A stretch of DNA of 61,042 bases from Tortispora ganteri (taxonomy: Eukaryota). Under the pieces are notes generated by a model. It did no database searches and was not told the DNA's origin. It was given only the letters and a program-made list of their open reading frames with translations. The translations under genes were made by a program, and so were the position numbers. The stretch spans positions 1 through 61,042 of the forward strand of contig PPNB01000035.1 in assembly GCA_003707115.1 (NCBI GenBank), read 5' to 3'. Below, one piece after another: positions 54,184 through 61,042 of this stretch; positions within the stretch are counted from its first letter, which is position 1; each line of letters starts with the position of its first letter.

Positions 54184-56077
54184 TCATGTCGCGGTTTGCT
54201 GGATAACCATTATGACCTGGTTAGCCAAGGCATTCACTTCCCCTTCTCCTTCCACATCTACTTCCTCGCCATTTGCTAGATTAGACGGTTCTGGAACTGG
54301 TCTGCGCGCCAATACTGTGACTGCGTCGATTAGGTCCTCAGAATTCAAAATCAAGCTCTTGAGCTTGTCGTCATTAGAATCTAACAGCTGCAGCATAGTC
54401 CAAACTGCAATATGTTCAAACGTCGTGTCCTGGCTCGTTAGAAATCTCTGCAAATATCCATGGATTCCCCCGTCAGGTGATTCCCAGTTCTCAATAAAAG
54501 GATTGAACACCTGGATCTTGGAACTTAGGTTTCCCAGCGCAGCCGCACTATTTCCTTGAACGTCTAAACTAACAGAATGCGTGAGGGGGATAAGAACTGT
54601 GAAAATTCCTGATTCAAGCAATATTGGTTTCAGCTCTTCGCTTAATGCAAGCACAGCTAAACATGCCGTCATTTCACTCTGCACCGATAGAGGAACAGAT
54701 AGGATCAAATTTTTGCAAGTTTCAACAGCACCTGCATCAACGATAGCCCGCTTATTACGTTCAGAACTCGCTGCCAAATTCCTAAGCGTAGAAATGGCGT
54801 GACATTGAATCTCCTCGTTGTCGCTATTGTTCAACAACTCGACCAGAGGCTTCAAAAATCCAGCATCAACAATCGGACTTTCGTTCAGAGGATGAATTGA
54901 AATATTTCTAATACATGCAACCGACGAAAGTACCAGAGGCATATAGCCAGATACCAAAAGGCGTTTCAAGGGTTCCAAACCGTTGTTCCTCACTATATCC
55001 AGCTGATAATTTTCATCACTGGCCAAATTTCTCAATGCTAAAGCCGCTTGACATTGCACACGAGCGCTTGTAGAATCCATCAAATGAATTAAATAGTTAA
55101 CTAAACGCGGCTCTGTTTGCGCAAGTTTCTTCCTGTTAGCAGGGTCCACCGCAATATTACTCAAAGCCGTAGTACAGTAGTAATGTACATCAACATCAGT
55201 GCTACTCAAAAGAGAAACAAGAACAGGAATGGCACCAGCATTTACCAACTCTTGTCTGTTTTGATCGGAATGAGTCATGTTAAGAAGCGCCCCTGTAGCA
55301 TTTCGCTGAACACGCATATCTTTAGACTTTGCCAATTTTGTAAGAGGTACAAGCGCACCTGATCTGGCTATCTTAGTTTTGTTGCTTTCATGAGTAGCAA
55401 GATTAGTGATACAACCGACGGCATTGCATTGGACCTCCACATTCGGAGACATCATTTGACGAATCAAAGGTTCCAATCCGCCCATCTCAACGATCAGCAC
55501 TTTATTGTCATCATCAACTGCAAGGTTCCCCAAAGCAGCAGAGGCAGCACGTTGAACTTCTATGTCGTTTGTTTGAAGTAAAAGCAAAATCGGCTCCAAG
55601 GCATCTCTCGTCACGGGACGTACATCTTTCTCCGTGATTTCTGCAAATGCCAGAGCCGCACTTCTATGTAGGTCAACATTATCGGAATACACTAAAGTGC
55701 AAAGAGCACGTAAAGGGCCATCGGTAAAGAAATCGACATCGTTGCGATTCTCCAAATACCTAAGGAGCAACGCGACAGCTTCCCTTTCGTTATCGGCGAG
55801 TAGAGGGGCGTACCCGTCCTTTGACTTAGCTAATATGAAGTTAGTTCCTAATGTTCCAAAATTTTATTATTTCCTGCAAAATTCCAATGCATTTTATGTG
55901 CTTTTTACGCGAGGTTCTGTAAGATTACTCTGCTAGTTGGAGTTTCAGAAATTGACTCGCCTTAATCATGAGAAGAGATGTTGCGGAGTCGTGCCCGCGT
56001 TAAGAGTAATCCCACGGTGGCGCTATATAAAGATACTTACATCGACAACAAATACAAGATGAAATAACACCTCCCAT
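54184..56077 (-). CDS. VAC8: Vacuolar armadillo-repeat protein; exons 56077-56041 and 55829-54184
   Basis: Spliced N-terminus [35 protein letters not shown] (myristoyl/palmitoyl SH4); ARM repeats [12 protein letters not shown] and [14 protein letters not shown]; 211-nt intron 56040-55830. Confidence 0.96.
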
Positions 56078-56429
56078 ATTTTACTCTAGGTAAGAAGCTA
56101 TATTACCGAAAAAAAAGGCAGAAAAGAATGCAGATCCTTTTCTCTTTTTTTTCAATAACAGAGTAAGTAGGTGAAAAGGGAAAGTTATTCTTCCCAGCGC
56201 GGAGTATGGTAAAAGCAGGATAGGGGCCCACCCAACAATACAAAGGAAACCTAGCTATATTTAATCCAATCAGGCAAAAATCCTAGGGTTCTAAATAAAA
56301 TAAATACCTATTTCAGAAAACTCACTTGCGAGCACATGATTTCAGTGGTATTCTGTTGCGAGCAATAATACAAATATGAAGAGATAGCGCGGGTTCAGCT
56401 CGCCAACCCTTCGTTTACTGTATGCAATA

Positions 56430-57953
56430 TCAGCCCTGTACTAACTTCAAGTAGTAATCGGGACCGAACCGCAGCTGACCAAGTCTCTTCATGCTCCTGC
56501 TTTGAAATGCAGCCCTGGGTATACCAATATCGCCCACATAGAAATGGCATTCACTATGTCCTGTTGCCCACTTGTTTTTCCAGTAGACCAAACTACTTAC
56601 CGGAATACCGAGACTGAGAACCCACTTCGGCTCAATACACTCACCAATCGTACCTTCAGAGTCACGCGTAGACAAATCACCTGTGGAGCTGTCGAGCCCT
56701 GCGGGCAAATCGATCGATAACTTTGATATTCTCTTGCGATTAATCCACTCAATCAATTTGTAGGTATCCTCTACTGATGCAGGATCACCGCCAAACATAT
56801 CTAGAATGCTAAACTCAATCCCTGCCAACGCGTCAATAATTAATTCGGTAGGGGTTTCTTGTTCATCCAACACCTTTTCAATAAGATTTGGCTCAGATAC
56901 GATAACCCCCAGTTTCTCTAGCCTTTGGAATTCTCGTAATATGCCCGCGTCATCCGAGTGTTGGATCGCTGGCTTGCAAACCACCACATGTATGTCGTGG
57001 TTAAATAGGTGTCTGGCTGCTGCTAAACCCCTCAATCCTGATCGACCTATTCCACAAAAGATCGCAACTAATGGCGGACTATTGTGATTACATGCGTTCA
57101 TACGTCTAGATCCCCCTAAAAGCTCAAGCACTAATGAGCAGATAGTGCGGCCAGCATTTTCAGTCAATGTCTCCTCTGATAGCGCAAAATCCGTGAGCAC
57201 TTCTCTCTCGAGCTCGATGATCTGCAATGGATTGGCGAGTGGGCAAAATCTACCACCCTTTTCGATCTTTAGCTGTAACTTTTTAGATGCATCAGCCGAG
57301 ATCACTGAGGCATCATTTAGTACATTCTCATCATGTCTATACTTTGCTGAAATCTTATTGTTATCGACCAGCCTTGATGTAGAAGTGTCTTGCTTTTTTA
57401 ATTCGTCGAATAACCCCTTTTTATCAAATTTGTTTAAATTCGCTTCGAAGTCAAAATCATCCTGAATTTCATTACTGTGATTGCCAGTAGCAAAATTATT
57501 GCCATTCACGCTACCGCTTCCGGACCTGCTGTTCTCCTTTATGCCTGAGCCAGTAATGAGTTTAATGGGGCCGTTCATCGGAACATTTTTAGCCGGTAGT
57601 TTTTTCGATTTCTTCGGTTTTTCTCTTGGCGCTTTCTGCTCATGCAAGACCTGTATGTCTTCCTTTCTGTCTAAGCCAGTAATGTGTTCAGTAGAGCTAT
57701 TCTTAGAAGCAGTTTTCACTGGAGGTTTTTCCGTTTTTTTCGGTTTTTCTCTTAGTGGTTTCTGCTCTTGCAAGACCTGTAGGTCTTTGATATCGGATCC
57801 ATCTATTTCGTAATCGTAGTCGATCGCTTGGTCGTTGATCTTCACATGCTTCAATCTTAGAGTTGTGCCCTCGACACCTTCGATAACTCCATAAATATTT
57901 GTTCCTATATTGTGCACAATGCTAACTGGTAGCCCTATAAACTGCGATGCCAT
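56430..57953 (-). CDS. EDC3: Enhancer of mRNA decapping 3
   Basis: LSm start MASQFIGLPV, FDF motif DDFDFEANLNKFDK, and a YjeF_N domain (TENAGR, GLAAARHL, SIDLPAG). Confidence 0.92.
   Translation of the reverse strand: MASQFIGLPVSIVHNIGTNIYGVIEGVEGTTLRLKHVKINDQAIDYDYEIDGSDIKDLQVLQEQKPLREKPKKTEKPPVKTASKNSSTEHITGLDRKEDIQVLHEQKAPREKPKKSKKLPAKNVPMNGPIKLITGSGIKENSRSGSGSVNGNNFATGNHSNEIQDDFDFEANLNKFDKKGLFDELKKQDTSTSRLVDNNKISAKYRHDENVLNDASVISADASKKLQLKIEKGGRFCPLANPLQIIELEREVLTDFALSEETLTENAGRTICSLVLELLGGSRRMNACNHNSPPLVAIFCGIGRSGLRGLAAARHLFNHDIHVVVCKPAIQHSDDAGILREFQRLEKLGVIVSEPNLIEKVLDEQETPTELIIDALAGIEFSILDMFGGDPASVEDTYKLIEWINRKRISKLSIDLPAGLDSSTGDLSTRDSEGTIGECIEPKWVLSLGIPVSSLVYWKNKWATGHSECHFYVGDIGIPRAAFQSRSMKRLGQLRFGPDYYLKLVQG
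57548..57786 (-). repeat. Diverged 126-bp (42-aa) tandem duplication inside EDC3
   Basis: agccagtaatg recurs at 57548 and 57674; DLQVLQEQKPLREKPKK / DIQVLHEQKAPREKPKK. Confidence 0.88.
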
Positions 57954-59232
57954 GATATTTCTACACAGTTCGTCACAAGTCGTGGGGTGAAGATGGTGCG
58001 TTCTAGGTGGCTGTCCCAAAAAGAAGAGCCCGAAAGAATCGTCATTTCAAATATATACGAGTATACCAGCATACGAGATTACTAACCGCAACTAAGGCGC
58101 CAGTTTAATTTAGACTCGTATATTTTTATGTAGATATCTGTATAAGGAAAGATACTATCATTGATGTTCTGATCGTTGTCTTGGTTGCTGTCATTTCTGC
58201 GAGACATTCAGCGGCCAAAGTTGCTCGGATCGTAGAAGTGCTCAACGCTAGTAAAAAATAACTAATAATAGCTTTGAAATGTACTCTATAATACCAGTGT
58301 TACAATGCTTGTAGGCAATAAACGCGTTAGAGACTGATGTATCGGCCTAAACTACATATAATTACCAGTACATCAATTGGATCTTATCCTTACCAAACGA
58401 TAAGAGAGCGAAACGGTCCTACTCAGGTTCAATTAGCTTCTTGTACTTCTAGCCATATAAGCATTGCTTAGATATAATGACATAATTTACTGTAGGTTTT
58501 CTCGCCTACAGTGACAGCCCTTTGGCAAAAGTCGATCGGTAAATTGAAGAGCAAGTCCTCGTATATAAGGAGCATAAAGTAGAAAGATCGGCTTCAAAGT
58601 CGCGTTCACACACTTGATTTTCACAAATATGACTTCATGAACTCTGAATTCCGTAAATGCCTGCGTAAAATAGATTATCCTAGTTCGTGCGCAGCTATGA
58701 AATCTAACAGAATATCATTGTGGGATTGGACATAGGTATCACAAATGCATTCATAATAGAATACGCAAGCAAAAAAGAATAAGAACAGTTGTATGATACA
58801 TATATGCCAAGTGATTGCGGAAAACTTGGTTGGTTATCTACCAGCTTTCATCGATAGAAGACGCAATTTCATATGACTATGTATTCGTCGGCGCCCCCCA
58901 AAGATCGCATTTACGACGTAGTCTTCACAACAAGTAAGAATTATCTGCAAGACAACTCAGAAACCTTTGCCCTTCATGCGACCGATTCATGCGCCTCCAT
59001 ATCCGAAGCATAATCTATATGTGTGATTCGCGTCTAGGTATGCGTATTTCTCCCTGCATGAGATTACCTGCTATTACTCACTAAACAGTAAAAAACTCAT
59101 ATGCTTCTAAAATAAGAAAAGAAGTAATATTGATAGCTTCATCAGTTGTATAGTAATTGCACATATCAGCTGACTGTTTGCTTTTCCTATATACCTTGGG
59201 ATGTCATCGGCCCCACCTTCACCACTTCCACG

Positions 59233-60096
59233 ATGAAGGTGCCTGCGAGGTTCTACGCACAACTCGATGCTTTGAGAATAATCAGACGGTCAATAAAGGG
59301 ACCTGTGGATTATGTAGGGTGCCACATGCTGCCCGACCGAACTGCCGAACCTAAAGCCCGAAGATATCAATGCTTAGTGAGCCTGATGCTCTCATCGCAA
59401 ACCAAAGACGCAGTAACCGCTGGTGCGATGGCTAACTTAAGAGAAGCTCTCGCAAACCGCAACTGGATTTTCTCTGTTGATGGAGTTTGTAAAATGACAC
59501 TGGAGGAGATCGACGAATGCATTGCTAAGGTTGGGTTCCACACAAAAAAAGCACAGTATATTCTAGAGACCAGTCGTATACTTCGAGAAAAGTACGACGG
59601 TGATATTCCTGAAAACACAGAAGAGTTACAGAAACTTCCCGGAGTAGGGCCCAAGATGGCGTATCTCTGCATGCAATCTGCCTGGGGTAAAGTGCAAGGT
59701 ATAGGTGTTGATGTACATGTTCACAGACTCTCTCGAATGCTAGGATGGCTGGACTGTGATCCAGTAGCTAAGCAGAAAAACACACCTGAAGCTACGAGAT
59801 TATCATTGGAAAAATGGCTTCCTAAAGAGCTTTGGAGTGAACTAAATCCACTTCTAGTAGGGTTTGGTCAGACAATGTGCCCGAAAAGATCGCCACATTG
59901 CGACCAATGTCTATTGGCAGCTCGCTATCTTTGCAAGAACGCTAAATCACGCCCAGTTGAGGCCGATTTGCATTATATTGGTTCAAAAACGCAGGATTTT
60001 AAACAAATTGAGGATATCGAAGATCTCGTAGTCAAACGAGAGTTGGAGAACTACGGCTTGCCTGCGAAACGCATGAAACTGGAGCATGCACCTTAA
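59233..60096 (+). CDS. NTH1: Endonuclease III homolog (DNA glycosylase/AP lyase, HhH-GPD, 4Fe-4S)
   Basis: PVDYVGC, LMLSSQTKD, LPGVGPKMA, GIGVDVHVHR, NPLLVGFGQTMC...CDQC...C. Start uncertain. Confidence 0.93.
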   Translation: MKVPARFYAQLDALRIIRRSIKGPVDYVGCHMLPDRTAEPKARRYQCLVSLMLSSQTKDAVTAGAMANLREALANRNWIFSVDGVCKMTLEEIDECIAKVGFHTKKAQYILETSRILREKYDGDIPENTEELQKLPGVGPKMAYLCMQSAWGKVQGIGVDVHVHRLSRMLGWLDCDPVAKQKNTPEATRLSLEKWLPKELWSELNPLLVGFGQTMCPKRSPHCDQCLLAARYLCKNAKSRPVEADLHYIGSKTQDFKQIEDIEDLVVKRELENYGLPAKRMKLEHAP

Positions 60097-61042
60097 CCAT
60101 TACAACGCAGGTGTATCATATAATGTGCTCTACTCATTTATTCATGTCTTTCAATGTATATTACGTCAAGAATCTATAATAATTCTCAGCATCACTTTTT
60201 GGAAACCAATTATGAGTTTCATCGCTATTGGACTAGACATATCACAATGATTTCTTCCTCTTACGCTGGAACTGTTAATCCACCCGCAGGAAATTTTGCG
60301 AAAAATAAAATATCACCAACAGAACAAGATAAACCTAGATTGATAGGGCATCCAAAGATGCACAGAATGTGAGCCAACATAAATAACCTCGACTTGTTCA
60401 GCTGACTAGTATAGTACTGATGTACTGTTTCACCACCAACGCCTATATTTTACTTTTACAGCACTCAGTTCTAAAACTCTTTGACTTCAAACTATTTCAT
60501 ACCAAGTAAAAGAGACCAGGTAATCATATATACCAGATAGACTAACCAAACCTCACATGACCGCTACTAGTTTTCCGAAGAAAATTGCGTATTCCAGCAC
60601 TACTTTCCCTAATAGTTAATTCAGCAACTTATAGTTTAAATATAAGAAAGCACTCATATACTCTCGCCAATATTACTAATTCTCGTCCTGCCTTATCCTA
60701 CGCAGTTCCATGATAACAAAACTCATTAACTACGCTATAAACAAATCGCGAAATCCTTAAGCTGCAACTTATGTTATACAGAATCTCTTAACATGCAACA
60801 CTGTTCCCATATATTAACGGTTCGGCGCACATACGGCGACGCCAATACGATCAGACTATTGCAAGGCGAATCCATGTACTCAAACCTTATCTCATGGCCG
60901 TTACAACCGTCGTGCGGCTGTTAAGATTATCAATGGTGTCAAACCTTATTCTAAACGAGCCTGTCAATCGCCCCGTCATATATACAACTCCCTCCCACCG
61001 CCCCCAGCCACCTTCACATCCGTCGCGGCTCATGTACTACAT

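Noticed and set aside
1..61042. CRISPR arrays, tRNA/rRNA genes, intact transposons or LTRs
   Set aside because: No repeat-spacer arrays, cloverleaf signatures, rRNA motifs, transposase/RT ORFs or terminal repeats were seen.

Overview
Gene-dense chromosomal segment of a eukaryote, most likely an early-diverging budding yeast (Saccharomycotina; inference). Introns are few and short, with GTAAGT...CTAAC...(T/C/A)AG signals, CTG reads as Leu, and a methylcrotonyl-CoA leucine-catabolism pathway is present. About 37 protein genes are supported, mostly housekeeping: SNX3, APC5, RIM2, RPL21, SLU7, RPS9, SSS1, RRP1, MLH3, an ARN/SIT siderophore transporter, GDT1, SET6-like, ATG29, DLD1, REV3, YAK1, RAD26, ALG2, ZPR1, ARO7, a ChAP, a C2H2 TF, MCCB, IVD, KCS1, TYW2, CTR9, a GT4 glycosyltransferase, CWC23, RPS29, APC13, VAC8, EDC3, NTH1, plus two orphan ORFs. 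I found no rRNA, tRNA, CRISPR array or intact mobile element. Best leads: (1) a SQD2/Agt/PimA-type GT4 with a Pho4-like box, a possible phosphate-starvation glycolipid system; (2) an Mlh3 with an eroded ATPase but intact nuclease motifs; (3) an orphan with a possible TRFH-like N-terminus and a tandem CDK-site array; (4) a shared TTAGGGTTT + GTCAC promoter module at all three ribosomal protein genes; (5) a structured VAC8 intron; (6) two degenerate GLDI-motif relics flanking NTH1. All calls come from reading the sequence only, with no database searches.
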